The translations under genes were made by a program, and so were the position numbers. A stretch of DNA of 63,072 bases, the filler included, from Folioceros fuciformis (Eukaryota): NCBI GenBank assembly GCA_049999805.1. It is 9 parts of 9 records of this genome, joined end to end, with 100 filler letters (N's around TTAATTAATTAA, not from the genome) between each part and the next. Parts side by side here need not be neighbours in the genome. Positions count along the whole stretch, not along the records: positions 5,731 to 18,731 come from JBNGIO010005718.1; positions 18,832 to 19,986 come from JBNGIO010005719.1; positions 20,087 to 35,149 come from JBNGIO010005720.1; 6 more parts are not named here. One strand, written 5' to 3'. The notes under the pieces were generated by a model. That model saw only the letters and a list, made by a program, of their open reading frames with translations. It did no database searches and was not told the origin of the DNA. This document shows positions 11,932 through 24,349 of this stretch, in pieces (positions within the stretch are counted from its first letter, which is position 1; each line of letters begins with the position of its first letter).

Positions 11932-12886
11932 CTTAGGAGCTAGCTTGGACCATTTTATGAATTGCTTGGACATTTAACCAAGAGAATCTCCACAAACACA
12001 TTGTTCGCTCCCCCAACTTTAGAGGTAGAAGCCCGACTTTCTAATGCACCTGAGGCAAGTGATTGGCCTTGGTGCATGAACATCTTGAGTTTCTACTGGA
12101 TCGTTGTCATCTAACTATCACTCTCCACACTTCCCCCTACAAGTGTCCTCCCTTTCAAGTTCCCATTTGTGAAAATCACTTGGATAGATGAAGAGCCGGA
12201 TTACAACCGAAATTTGGAATACACCCTTGAGCATATAGACGGTTTATGTGCAATTGGTGGATGAAGGAATAGAAATAAATAATATGAGCATAGAATAAGT
12301 TGACGGTGAAATTGAGGAAGAATGGAGCCTGGAACAGGATGCACCTCCGATGAAACAAGTGAAGACAACTATCAGGCGATCAAGGTAGCCGGGCGCAGGA
12401 CAAGCTGGAAGTCCTACCTGAAGCAAGCCAAGAGTCGGTGATACAATGTACGGCGGCGTACATGGCTGACATGACATCCAGGGTTTTGGCTTTTGCCTAA
12501 CTCGTATCGTCTCGGTTTTTCGCAGAAAACATGGTGCGAAGTTCAGGACGTTTGTTATGTCCCACCGTGGAGGGATTTGGAGTAGGTATGCTGAGGAAAG
12601 ATGTAAGAGCAGCGGATGCTTGGGGAAGAGCAGCTAGTGAGCATAGACTGAGCCCTCGCCGTTGAGGTATGATTTTGCAAAGAATTCGAAGAACAGTGGG
12701 GTCATGGAAAAAAGAAGCTCACCTCAGGAAGATCCACTAGCGCCGTTCAACTGGCCGAATCGCTCGGCGGCGTAGGGGCAAGGGATTCGGGATCTGTTGG
12801 TGAGGACGGGAGTGCCGCCGCTCTGCTCCCTCAGTTCAGCTCAGGTCAACACGTTGGATGTTGAAGGGTACAGCGCTCGAGTCGTT

Positions 12887-13633
12887 ATGGCGAGGGGAGA
12901 ACGCGTGCAGCATTTGGAGGTTTTCCTCGCTCGTCGTGACGGTGTTGACAAAACCTTGAAGATTATCCGATATGTTACTCGGCTTTGGCTGGCGATAGCA
13001 GGGAACGGGGAGAAGGGCGATCTTTCGCGGCGTCTGGAACAGTTTGAAGCAAGGGTCAACCTAAGCCGAAAGGCGTTGCGGCTTGGCAAGTTTGTGCAGA
13101 ACGTTAACGCGCTCGGTTTGATATCTGAAAGCTGCGGCAATAGTCTACGTTTACGAGCCTTGTTTCTCCTGGCACACGCGGGCGAGGGCACTTACTACTT
13201 TCTGGAGCAAGTGCTGTGGCTGGTAGGCGCCTCACCATTCCAAGCTCGTTTAGGCGCTCTTTTCCTGCATTGTGACTCGTCTAATAGCTGGCTGCCTTGC
13301 ACATAGTAGATGAAATCTGGCCTCATATCTACCAAGCATGCCGAACGGATTAGCTTGATAAGCGCTTGCGCGGAGTTGGCGGGGTACGCTGGTAGCGTGC
13401 CATTGAAGATGCTACAATTAAGGGATTTACTGGCTGAGAGCGGAAGGGCGAGTGATCGTCGAAAGCTTATCATGAAGATGTCCTCCGTCGTGCAAGATCT
13501 GCTTGACGGTACACTTGCTCTGAGTTCCATCACTGAAGGTCCACGAAAAATTTTATCGACTCCTGCTATGCTAGCTATGGCCGGTTTGCTGTCGGGTGTG
13601 ATAAGTGCGCACAAGGTTTGGTCAAGTTGTTGA
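12887..13633 (+). CDS. PEX11A: Peroxisomal membrane protein 11A; exons 12887-13222 and 13310-13633, 219 aa
   Basis: HLEVFLARRDGVDKTLKIIRY, SRKALRLGKFVQ, GEGTYYFLEQVLWL|MKSGLI, AELAGYAGSV, C-terminal SAHKVWSSC. Phase-0 GT..AG intron at 13223-13309. Confidence 0.93.
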
Positions 13634-14064
13634 CACTCGGATACATTCAGAACGGTTTCACTTTCACCCTCTGTCGTCTGGTAACTCTTCCCGCTCCTCA
13701 AGCAGCGCGTCTTCCACTTAACCCTGCAAAGAATCGCTCTGCGTCATTTCTTCGGACCACTCACCGGCCTCCTCAGCTTCCAACGTCTCCATACCTGCGC
13801 AATTGTTTTGTGTTCAACTGGTGGCTGGATCTGTTGAGGAAAAACATCTCAGCTTCCCCAGCTTTTGGGGATTGTTCAAAGGCTAAAGGCCAAGGAACAT
13901 TCGGCCCTTATTGTTCAAACCAAACCTAAAATTAAAACTTAAAACTAAAACTCATAGGCTAAGGAACTTTTAAGTATAAATACTTTGGCCTACTTACAAC
14001 CTAACTCGATTTTACACCAAACTTGGCAAAAAAACAAAAAATCACTCCAGTGCACACCTCATCA

Positions 14065-14350
14065 AGGAGGTCCTAGTTATCAGATCGTTCACACTAGCTA
14101 CCATACCTTTGTCTCCTTGCAAAATCAAGCAGTGAGACGTGTTCACCAAGCTGCTCGATTGGGTCAAGTGCCCAATATTACCAACTCCGAGATCGTTGGA
14201 GCTCTTTTGCAAGAGGAAGCTACCAGGTTCAACATTGGTGCATCATACCACGGGGGCGATTGGGTCATGTTCGTCGCCAAAGGACAATCCACATTTTAGC
14301 GCAAGAATTCCAACAACACGCGTAAAAGCAACCGACCAGGTCAGTTTAAG
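14065..14350 (+). mobile_element. Decayed copia gag C-terminal fragment
   Basis: SYHTFVSLQNQ...EIVGALLQEE...VMFVAKG aligns with SYQTFVSSQNA...EVVGALLQEE...VLFAAKG at about 51260-51450. Confidence 0.75.
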
Positions 14351-15099
14351 CTTCCTTCCTTTGCCTTGCTTCCTTCCCTCACAGGTTATGACACGACGAC
14401 AAAGAAAAGACGTCGTGACCATGCTGCGACGGACCTGGGGGTTCGCCCAACAGCATCCCACCGATAGACAAGTGCCACACAGGATACTTGGCACGCTCTT
14501 TCCTCCTCCTAGCCAATCCAATGGCATCTAACATGATACCGCACATCGCCTTACGCCACACTGTGCCATGCCATTCCCATCCTTGGGGCCACCTTGCTGG
14601 CCACACAAGCAACCACCTCCATTAAAACTGTGGTTGTTTTCCTCCTTAACACCTTGGGTGAGGCCTCCGGAGGCTCAACCGATCAGCCAATAACTTCAAC
14701 TACATGTACAATCAACATGATAAATGCACACAAATGTATGTCAAGTCCAATGGACCTTGTCGTGGGCAACTTGCTTTCCGCATTCGGCAGTGGATATGCA
14801 GCCTATCCAACAATTGAGGACAGGTCTAGGCTTCAAGGATTACATTATATCCATATTTTAAAAAGGAGTTGGGGATTCCATCCACCAAAAGGAGGAACAG
14901 CCACGAAAAGAGACAAAGGCCAAAACGAACTAGCTTCCTCAAATATTATTTTTGATAACTACTTACCTACTACCACATGTGCTGAAGTCCGTGGGCCTGT
15001 ACTTGCATTTGTTTTGAAAAATTGCCTTTGCCAGGGCCTACAGTTGTCCTGTTTTGAAATTCAAAAACTACATTTGTGAAGCCTACAGTTGTACTAGTC

Positions 15100-15300
15100 A
15101 CTTTTTTTGAAAAACTGCATTTGCCACACTTACATTCATCCTTGTTTAAAACGACAACATCGGCCAACACCCTTTGCAAATCCATGGAGCATTTGTCTTT
15201 GTTTTAAAATATTGCATTTATCATACCTACATTTGTCCTTGCTTTTTCATTGGCCAACACCTTTGCAAATCAGTGGCTACGCATTCTCAAAAGAAGGCTA
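15100..15300 (-). mobile_element. Duplicated remnants of a CRE-like ORF C-terminus
   Basis: Reverse strand GCCTTCTTTTGAGAATGCGTAGCCACTGATTTGCAAAGGTGTTGGCC and DLQRVLADV resemble 17357-17410 (FF**RVSIALQRVLA). Confidence 0.5.
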
Positions 15301-15955
15301 CTAAGCAAAGAGGGAGAACCCCTTTCCTATGCTTATGGTATGCTTTCGAAACAAACACTCCTTGATAAGCCTTGAAAAAACCATGCTAAAAAGTGAGATA
15401 GAGTATCTATTTGTGTGAAGCTATGATTTCCATTTTTGCTTTACGTTGCTATTCATAAGCCTCTTCTCCTAGGACTTGAACTTTGCAATTGATTGGAGCT
15501 AGAAGGTTTTGAGCAACCCTCGGAAAGATAAAAATTTAGACCCTAAAGCTTCTAAGCGTCTTGAAATTTAAACTCTTCGAAACCTAAGATCTTTGTTAGT
15601 ATTGTACACTTTGTCCAATTCCTTTGATACCTATCACAGTTTGTTAGGTGCCCCCTATGGGACCACATATTTTTTACAGGCATCTTGGCCCAAGCAACCT
15701 TCTTTTCCTCGAGGGTAGCTCACACACACTTGGCGGGCTCCTCAGCCAATGGTTAAGGCATTCCAAGTCCACCACTCTTTTGATGGTATGCAATAAATGT
15801 TGCTTCCTACCACACAATTGCACTCATGGTCTACCTCCTCTCCTACTCGTGTGAAAACTTAACTTCCATTTGAATTCCAACCAATGTATCACCCTTGTGC
15901 CTAGAAGTGTCTAACAGCACGGCTGGCAAAAATTCTGATGTGAAGGAGGGTATAT

Positions 15956-16190
15956 ATTTGGCACTAGACTAGTTCGAATGTCCAATGTCATGAGCCACAT
16001 ATATTTAGCACTCACCTAGCTTGGATGTCTAATGGTTGGAGCAACACAGATTTAGCAATAGCCTAGCTCAAATGTTTAGTGCTTGAAGCAACATAGATTT
16101 AGCATTGGCTTAGATAGAATGTTTAGTGCTTGGAGCAACACAAATTTAGCATTAGCCTAGCCCGAACATCTAGTGCTTTGAGCAGCACAT
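15956..16190. repeat. 47-bp degenerate minisatellite, about 5 copies
   Basis: ATTT(A/G)GCA units start at 15956, 16003, 16050, 16097 and 16144. Confidence 0.85.
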
Positions 16191-16599
16191 GTGGAAGAAG
16201 ATGAGAAGCTTGGCATTAAGGTTGTGTATCCCGCTAGTATGGTTCAAGCAATCAATTGTGTTCTGAAGGAGAGCATCTCACCTATACCTAAGGCTATGTT
16301 GATGGGAAATTGTGTTCTACTAGAATTGGATGTCAAGTTGACACATCTTCAACAACTTTAAGAGAGGAAGATGGTGCAAGTGAAGGAGGCCAAATTCTAT
16401 ACAATACAAGATACAATGCGGAGGTAGAGATGTGAATGAACACTGGACCTACTAAATCCAAACTTTAAATAATAAATCATCTATTCATCTTTTAACTAAT
16501 ATATATAAATATATATTACCTTTTGGTTATGCTTAGATCTACCCTTTCTCCTCCCAGACCATGATGCTTTAGGTGCTATTGGTAGTCATTAGGCTTTAG

Positions 16600-16685
16600 G
16601 GGTTAACCCCTAGTATTCCTATCATGGTTTATCTCCTTTTTAGGGGTAGATAGTTTTTCCATCTTGTTTTCTCAAATAAATAAAT
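16600..16685 (+). repeat. Dispersed (TAAA)n-tailed repeat; inverted copies at 5548-5630 and about 18053-18130
   Basis: CCCCTAGTATTCCTATCATGGTTTATCTCC...CCATCTTGTTTTCTCAAATAAATAAAT matches the reverse complement of 5548-5630. Confidence 0.7.
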
Positions 16686-16769
16686 CAGCAAGTTATGCTA
16701 CAGGCAATGCTCTACAATACATGGAATCATAATATCTCATATATCTAGTCTCATACTTCCATTAGAAGA

Positions 16770-17460
16770 ACTTGGCTTGACCTTGCATCTAGTCGTTTCG
16801 AATTGCACCAACAACTTTCGTCACCATGATGAGATTTCGCTTAGGTTTGGCCCACCCCTTGGCTTTTTCTCTCTCTACTTGCACTTGTGGGGTTGCCATT
16901 GTCGATACAGGGTCTTATATGGCATGTTTTTCTATTGGGAGGCTCCGTATTGCCACCCATGATGCAGTTTGAAATGTTATGTTCTCAATGGCTAGGGAGT
17001 GTGAGTTTCTTCCGTATAGGGAGCATCCATATACTTTGCGCAACGAGGTTTCACTTAGAGCTGACCTTTTTTCCACTAAGGGGAAACAGGTTTGTGTCAC
17101 TGATGTGGTTGTTACGGATCCCACTAAGGATTTGATCTGCAAGCACATCATCATCAACCCCCCTGGTTGGGTGGTGGAGGGTTGTGCACGCGCCAAAGTC
17201 CATAAGTATTCTCCCCTGCAAGACGGGCATACTTTTATCCCCCTTGCTCTTAATACTCATGGGGCTATGGGCAAGGACGGTTCAAGGTTTATTAAGGAGT
17301 GCGCCAAGGTTTATCAGAGTCATAGGAATCATGTTCTCCCTCTTTCCTCTGTAGTGGCCTTCTTTTGATAACGCGTATCCATTGCTTTGCAAAGAGTATT
17401 GGCCAACGCGGGTTTTAGGACAGCAACAAGCACAAGTCAAGCGACTTCTTCTGCACCGAT
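16770..17460 (+). mobile_element. CRE-like non-LTR retrotransposon 3' fragment: zinc knuckle plus restriction-like endonuclease, decayed
   Basis: MRFRLGL...CTCG...MAC...RIATHDAV*...LRADL...TDVVV...AKVHKY...FIPLALNTHGAMG...RVSIALQR. Confidence 0.8.
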
Positions 17461-18162
17461 GGTAGGTAGGCTTTTTGTTATTCCACATCTTGATATTTTG
17501 GGAGCAATACGTAGTTTTTGAGAATGATATTCGAAGGGGCTAATACCTCTTTTGGCTTTTAACCCTGCTTGGATTGTTCTTCCAATCCTTGGAATAGATG
17601 GGACTTTTCGTCTCTTTTTCAATAATAGAAAATACACTTTGCATAAAAACTAGAAGAATAGCTAGGTATGCTTTTATTGAAAAAAAAGCTATAAAAAAAT
17701 TCTTAGAGATCTCTAAACTTGGACAAACCTATAATACAAGAGAACTAGCTAAAGTTTTTTCTTTGTAAACTCTGCCAATCAAATATTTGAATTTGAATTT
17801 TTTATTTAAAAATAAAAAATAAATATTATACAGTTTAAATAAAGTTGTATGATTTTTTTTATTTTATTTGAACAGAGAAAGCTAATCAGCACACCTCCCT
17901 TACAAAGACGATATGTACTAAGGTTGTCATGTTGTCTTTAATGGATAATGAACCTCAAGCTATCTCTTGGACATCAAGAACCTCATGCTAAGTTGTTTCC
18001 TACGCTCAAGAACTTCATGGATATATCTTGGATGCATCAAGAAGGTTAGGTCCATTTATTTTAGAAAGACAATATAAAAAATCCATCCACCCGTAATAAG
18101 GGAGATAAATCTTGATTAGACACTAGGGCTACCCTTGACCCTAATTGCTACCCAAGCGATTA

Positions 18163-18565
18163 AGGAGAAAGAGTCTTCACTACCACTCGAATCCTAGGAG
18201 AAAGAGTTTCACTACCACTCTTCTCCTAGGAGAAAGAGTCTTCACTACAACTCGAGTCCTAGGTCCTGGCACCGAGCAAGGGTCTAACTACCAGCACTAA
18301 GCCGGCCAATCTTAACACCCAGTAGCGTACTAGCACTAGCCGGCCAATCTTAACACCCAGTAGCGTACTAGCACTAGCCGGCCAATCTTAGCACCCAGTA
18401 GCGTCCTAGCACTAGCCGGCCNNNNNNNNNNACCCAGTAGCGTCCTAGCACTAGCCGGCCACCTTAGCCGGCCAATCTCAGCAATGGAGTTGCTGAGATT
18501 GCTGACCACCTCTCCGCCAGTTGCTGACCACCTCTCCGCCAGTTGCTGACCACCTCTCCGCCAAT
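18163..18565. repeat. Cluster of short tandem arrays: about 33-bp x3, 38-bp x4 or more, 22-bp x3
   Basis: AGGAGAAAGAGTCTTCACTACCACTCGAATCCT; CTAGCACTAGCCGGCCAATCTTAACACCCAGTAGCGTA; TTGCTGACCACCTCTCCGCCAG. Confidence 0.85.
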
Positions 18566-18831
18566 TGTCTTCATTGCTTCGAGAACTTGTGTTGTCTTCT
18601 TCAATGCTACCCATATGAACCTCTGGGCTGGGTTATCTTCAATGCTACTTACGTGGTGAACTTGTTAAGCACCATGATGCATCAGTAGAATACGTCCAAC
18701 CAAGGGGGCCAGCCTGCACTTAGAATGTGTGNNNNNNNNNNNNNNNNNNNNNNNNNNNNNNNNNNNNNNNNNNNNTTAATTAATTAANNNNNNNNNNNNN
18801 NNNNNNNNNNNNNNNNNNNNNNNNNNNNNNN

Positions 18832-19351
18832 CGTGTATGGCCTTCAGCCATTTCTCCCTATCTTCTGTTTCCAAAGCCTCCTTCAGGGTTGAGGGCTCTT
18901 CCTCCACCGTGCACTTCAACGCCGAGTCCATGCTTTCCAGCATCTTTAAGGATGGCTTCCAAGATCGTCTCTCCCATCCTGTGGCCAAGCTTGTGTGGGC
19001 GGGTCGTATGGCCTGACCGTGCTGTTCTCTTTTGCTTCTGCTGGTGTGAGGTGAAACTTCTCTGTGGGTATCCCCATCCCGAGGGTCCTCTTCATCGCTC
19101 TGGTAATCACTTGGGACCGATGTGTCCGGCTCTCCTCCGGTCTCTAGGTCTGCTCCTCTTGCATGATCTCCTGTTGGTACGGGGTTGATGTGCTCCAATG
19201 GGTTCTCTTCGAGCGTGCCTTGTGGTAGTTCCCTGCTTGGTAAGAGTGATGGGGGCTGCAATTCTCCCGGTTGTGTTCCCCGTTCATCGAAGATGACATC
19301 TTTGCTCCAAATGATCCGCTTGGTCCGTGGGTTGTACAGCCGGTATGCCAT
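18832..19351 (-). mobile_element. Copia integrase C-terminus to RT start, fragment
   Basis: AYRLYNPRTKRIIWSKDVIFDE...EEPSTLKEALETEDREKWLKAI. Confidence 0.85.
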
Positions 19352-20312
19352 GTTGCCTGGTAGGATCGCAGGTAGCGTGTTGCTGGCTGTACAGCGTCTG
19401 GTAGGATCGCGGGCAGCGTGTTGCCGGTTGTATAGTGTCTGGTAGGATCACAAGGTGTAATGACCAAGGTGTAGGTAGGGGTTTGTCCCTAGCTCTTGAT
19501 TGTAAAGGATGTGTCTTTCTCTCGACCTGTCCACTCTTGTTCCCTGTTTGGACAAGTGCCGTAGGCCGGCCATGTTTCATGGCGTCTGGTAAGGTTGTGG
19601 GGAGGAGATATCCGAGGGGGTGTGGGGGGAGAGTGTGTTCACTTCTTTCTCTTCTTTGGGGTTAGTCTAGTGACTCTTGCCGGGTACGAGGAGTCAATAG
19701 GGAAGTGTAGAAGGTAGTGGTGTCATGGTTAGTTGCTGGTGTTGGTGCTGGAGTGAGAGAGCGAGTGAAGTGAGTGAGGGAAGTCGCAGATCTGAGAGGT
19801 TAGGGTTGTTGTAGTGACTGGAGTGAGTTTGTGGGCACCAAGAGAGGTGCAGCTGACTGCTGGACAACGAGGCTTGTCCTACGCCTAATCGGAGCTGGAG
19901 AGGAGCCCTCGAATCCATCATCGAGTCAATTGAGTCCGACCCTCCATCCACAGCAGCAAGGAACCCCATCGCTCCTTCGTGGGAACNNNNNNNNNNNNNN
20001 NNNNNNNNNNNNNNNNNNNNNNNNNNNNNNTTAATTAATTAANNNNNNNNNNNNNNNNNNNNNNNNNNNNNNNNNNNNNNNNNNNNCAGCTGACCGCCAG
20101 ACAGCGAGGCCTGTCCTACGCCTGATCGGAGCTGGAGGGGAGCCCTCGAATCCATCATCGAGTTGATCAAGTCCGACCCTCCATCCACAGCAGCAAGGAA
20201 CCCCATCGCTCCTTCGTGGGAACGAAACCCAATGTCTCAACGACAGTGGGATAAGTGTGGCCACTAAAGGTGGGACCCGTCGGCAATCAGTGCCCGGGGT
20301 TTTGCCTCCACA
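19352..20312 (+). mobile_element. Family X LTR pieces: two slightly different copies on either side of a gap
   Basis: Matches about 6290-7008; ends GCCTCCACA at 20312, directly abutting Copia-A. Confidence 0.85.
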
Positions 20313-21383
20313 GTTCTCATCCTCAGGCTCATTCTATAAGTGTAGGAAACCTTTCAGCTACTCAGCAAGCAGTCTTATGGCACGCACGCTTGGGTCATGT
20401 CAATCGCACAACTATGATTTCCATGAGCAAGCATGCTGGTTATCGAGAACCCTTACCTTCTTATCTGTAGGATCTGCCCCTCTGTGAGACATGTGCTTTG
20501 GCCAAACAGAAGGAACTTCCTTTTCCCAGCACACCTGCTCACAGATCTACTCAACTGCTCGAATTGGTCAATGCTAATATCTCAGGCCGCCTTCAGGTTT
20601 CTTCACTTGGGGGCATACTACTATTTCACTATCACTGATGATTACAATAGATACACATGGACATTCCCCATCCATAAGAAAAGCGACACCTTTCCTTTAT
20701 TTCAGGATTGGCTAGTCACTGTACAACGACAAACTGGTTGCCTCTTGCAACTGTTTAGGTCTGACAACGGGACAGAATTTGTTACCATTGCCTTCACCAC
20801 TTTCCTGGAATCACATGGCATTATACATCAACTTATTGTCCCAAACACGCAGCAGTAAAATGGCATTGCTGAACGTAAAAACCAGACACTTATGGGAATG
20901 ACAAGAACTATGTTATTATGGTCAAGTTTACCATCCCCATATTGGGCAGAAGCAGTTGTCACGTCCACATATATTCTGAACAGGTTGTTAACCAGTTCTC
21001 TAACCTCCAAGACACCATATAAGCTTTTCTGGAAACGTAAGCCCAACTTACTACATCTTAGGGTATTTGGCTCCAAGGCCTTCGCATATATACCTTCTGA
21101 GAAGCGACGCAAGCTTGACAACAGGTCTCAAAGCCTTATTTTTATTAGCTACAGCGAACATGTAAAAGCTTACAAGCTTATTGACCCTTCTTCATGTCAG
21201 CTTGTCCTAGCACGTAGTGTGACTTTCGTTGAACCACTGCAGCTAGTTACACAGTCAACAATTTATGACACATATTCTGGCTCAAATGTATCACCTGCTA
21301 CTCTGGAGGATGAGGATGATTCTGATGGAATTGTTTCAGTTTACCCTCTTGATGCTGATGGTGATCCAGGTGTCCCTCTTGTC

Positions 21384-21527
21384 CAGCCTGTTGCACCTCC
21401 TTTTGCTCATATGAATGCTGATCCACCAACCCAGCCTGTTGCACCTCCTTTTGCTCATATGAATGCTGATCCACCAGCCCAGCCTGTTGCACCTCCTTTT
21501 GCTCATATGAATGCTGATCCACCAGCC
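21384..21527 (+). repeat. 48-bp in-frame tandem repeat x3 (QPVAPPFAHMNADPPx)
   Basis: Only one unit is present in the sister copy at about 33399-33447. Confidence 0.9.
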
Positions 21528-23593
21528 CAGCCTGATGCCCCTGACGTCCTTGATGCACCTGCTCCACCCTCAGATGATGCAGCACGAGCACTGTTAGATC
21601 TAGATGATTTTGCAATCGTTGATGATCATGAAGACACACTACCGGAGCTTCCACTGCCAGAGGGGAATGCACATGAGTTGGAATTACGTGTAGCAATCGA
21701 CGCTCCTGTGGTAGCTGCCCCCGATCCAGATGTTGGACTTCGACGATCTACTCGCCATCGTCCTCCACCATCTGATTGGTAGGAGCCCCGATATACACCT
21801 ATAGACTTTCGGCAGCACACTGCTCATGTTGTCATAGCTTCCATCCCTATTGTCCCACCTGAGCCTTCCACACTAAAAGAAGCATTCACAGGTCCGGATA
21901 GAGAAAAATGGACGGCCGCTGTTGATGACAAGTATAACAGCCTGATGAAAAATGGGACCTGGCGTCTCGTCCCTCGACTTGCAAACCGCAAACCTATCAC
22001 CTGTAAATGGGTTTTTAAGCACAAATTAAATGCAGCAGGGGAGATTGCTAGGTATAAAGCACGCTTATGTGCTAGAGGATTTACACAAGTTTTTGGGCTG
22101 GACTACCAGGAAACCTTCTCACCTGTGGTCCGTGCTCAGTCAATTCGAGTTATCCTTGCCCTTGCAGCAGAGCACGATTTAGAACTCCAGCAGATGGATG
22201 TCTGCACGGCTTTTCTCCATGGCATCCTGGACGAAGAGTTGTACATGGAGCAGCCAGAAGGCTATGTCGATTCTGCACACCCAGACTATGTATGTTTACT
22301 CATCAAATGCCTCTATGGGCTCAAGCAAAGTGCAGAACGATGGTACAAGCGTTGTGATAAAGCATTGAAGTCCCTTGGCTTTCGCCAATGCACACCAGAC
22401 TCTAATGTACATGTTCTGCAAGATGGAGCCAACTATGTCCTTCTGGCACTGTATGTTGATGACGTTATCCTAGCTTCTAACAGCACTGACCTTCTTACCC
22501 GTGTCAAGGGTCTTCTTAGCCAGACCTTCGAGCTGACAGATAGTGGTGACCTTTGGTTCTGTTTAGGCATCCAATTACTCAGAGTTAGGTCTGAACGGCT
22601 CTTGATCATTCATCAACACAAGTACATAGCAGAAATTTTGCATAAGTTTAACATGCTTCAGGCACATCCAGCAAGTACACCTAAAGCTGTTGGGGCTAAA
22701 CTTACCCGTTATGAATGCCCCGTGATTGATGCTGATAAGGCAGATATGGCTGATGTTCCTTATCGTCATGCAGTAGGTAGCTTGATTTTTGTGAGCAATT
22801 GGACTCGCCCTGACATTCAACACTCGGTTAGTACAGTCTCCCAATTTATGGAGAACCCAGGCCGAGCCCATTGGACTGCTGTCAAGAGGATATTTCGATA
22901 TTTACGTGGAACTCACTTCTATGGCCTTTGTTACAAGCATACTGGACAGTCCCCACTTACCTTGCATGGCTTCATAGACGCCGATTGGGCTTCTGACAGT
23001 GACTCTAGGAAGAGTCTCTCGACCTATGTTTTTCTCCTTGCACAGGCTGCCATTAGCTGGAGCTGCAAGAAGCAAACTAGCATTGCATTATTTGCATTAT
23101 ATTGCATTGCATTATACTGAGGCGGTTTATAAATCCTTGACAAATGCAACTAAGGAAATCAAATGGGCAAGGTCTTTTCTTTCTGATATCGGCCAAGAGC
23201 AGTTAGGTCCCACTCACCGGCAGTGTGATAACCAGTCGGCCATTGCTCTTGTCTCTAACCCTCGGTTCCATGCTCGTACAAAACACATCGAGATACAGCA
23301 CCACTATGTCAGAGATGCTGTTGAGAGGGGAATTACCAAGGTTTTCTATGTTCCCACAGATGATAACACAGCAGACATTCTGAACAAGGCTCTTCCCAAA
23401 GACAAGCATTACAAGCATATGGAAGGCCTCGGGTTGATTGTTTACAAGCCCTACTTTCTCAAAGAGTAACTCACAGATGGGGGGTTTGAGGTCTTTAACC
23501 TCAGATACGTGGAGATGCTAGCATGCGTGTGTATGCCGATAGGGAGGGTTAGCAGCCACTTCATCGAACAGGTAGATGAATCTCAAAGCTGTT

Positions 23594-23893
23594 CTAATCA
23601 CCTGGATGCTGGTGTCTTTTCTCCTCCTCCTGTAGTCTTTTCAACAGACTGAGCAGTCTCTGTGCTTCTTGAAGGGGTCTGAGCAGGCTAGTTTCGTCGC
23701 CTGTATCCTCTGGAGTGTCTTCTCCTCTCGCAGGCTTTGCCCAGCAGAGCTGTATGTTGAAGAGAAATTTCCAGCCTCCAACCCTGATGGCGGCGCCAAC
23801 TATGTGGGTTTCATCCCACTCCTCTTCAGCTGGCTTCTTCTTGGCAGACTGCTCCTTCTGTGTCCTACTTCGCTTGGACCTTTTCGAGGGCAT
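23594..23893 (-). CDS. Antisense accessory ORF of Copia-A, unknown function, 99 aa
   Basis: MPSKRSKR...WDETHIVGAAIRVGGWKFLFNIQLCW...LLRPLQEAQRLLSLLKRLQEEE; aligns with 40394-40738. Confidence 0.65.
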   Translation of the reverse strand: MPSKRSKRSRTQKEQSAKKKPAEEEWDETHIVGAAIRVGGWKFLFNIQLCWAKPARGEDTPEDTGDETSLLRPLQEAQRLLSLLKRLQEEEKRHQHPGD

Positions 23894-24349
23894 TGTGCAC
23901 ACTAGGACTTACAACTTGGATTCCAGCGAAGATGCAAGTGATGAGGACCGCGTATGCAGCTGCAAGATTTGTAGCAATCCCCATGGCTCTCCAGCTCACG
24001 TGTCCTTGTTTGGTTATGATCGCCGCAATTCAAGTTCCCTGCGCCCGCCTCTGCCTTGTGATCGTCGTGTGCCTTCTTCATTGATGACCCCGTCCTTTGT
24101 CAATTACGCCCGGACCTCCCCAAGCTCGTTTTTTGCTTAAGGGAGGGTGTTAGGAATTAAGCCGTACTCGCTTAGGGTTAATTATCGGATTACTTATATT
24201 TAGGTTTTATTATCTAAGGGTCATCTAGTGAAGAGGCACCTAGTGCATATATAGACATACTTTAAACACTCTTTGTAATTATTCTTATCAATTGTCTTAT
24301 GTTCTTTTCTCTCCTGCTCTTCTTTTCTGGTCATGTCCAATAATTATCA

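Larger units (their letters stand above)
20313..24349 (+). mobile_element. Copia-A 3' part: integrase, RT, RNase H, 3' region, PPT (24139-24147), 3' LTR (24148-24349)
   Basis: WHARLGH, RSDNGTEF, QMDVCTAFLHG, LYVDDV, DADWASD, TKHIEIQHHY, ADILNKAL; AAGGGAGGG then TGTTAGG...TATCA, followed by TGAGT. Confidence 0.95.

Noticed and set aside
12797-12886. N-terminal extension of PEX11A from a TTG start
   Set aside because: Similarity to PEX11A begins near the ATG at 12887; a non-ATG start is unsupported.
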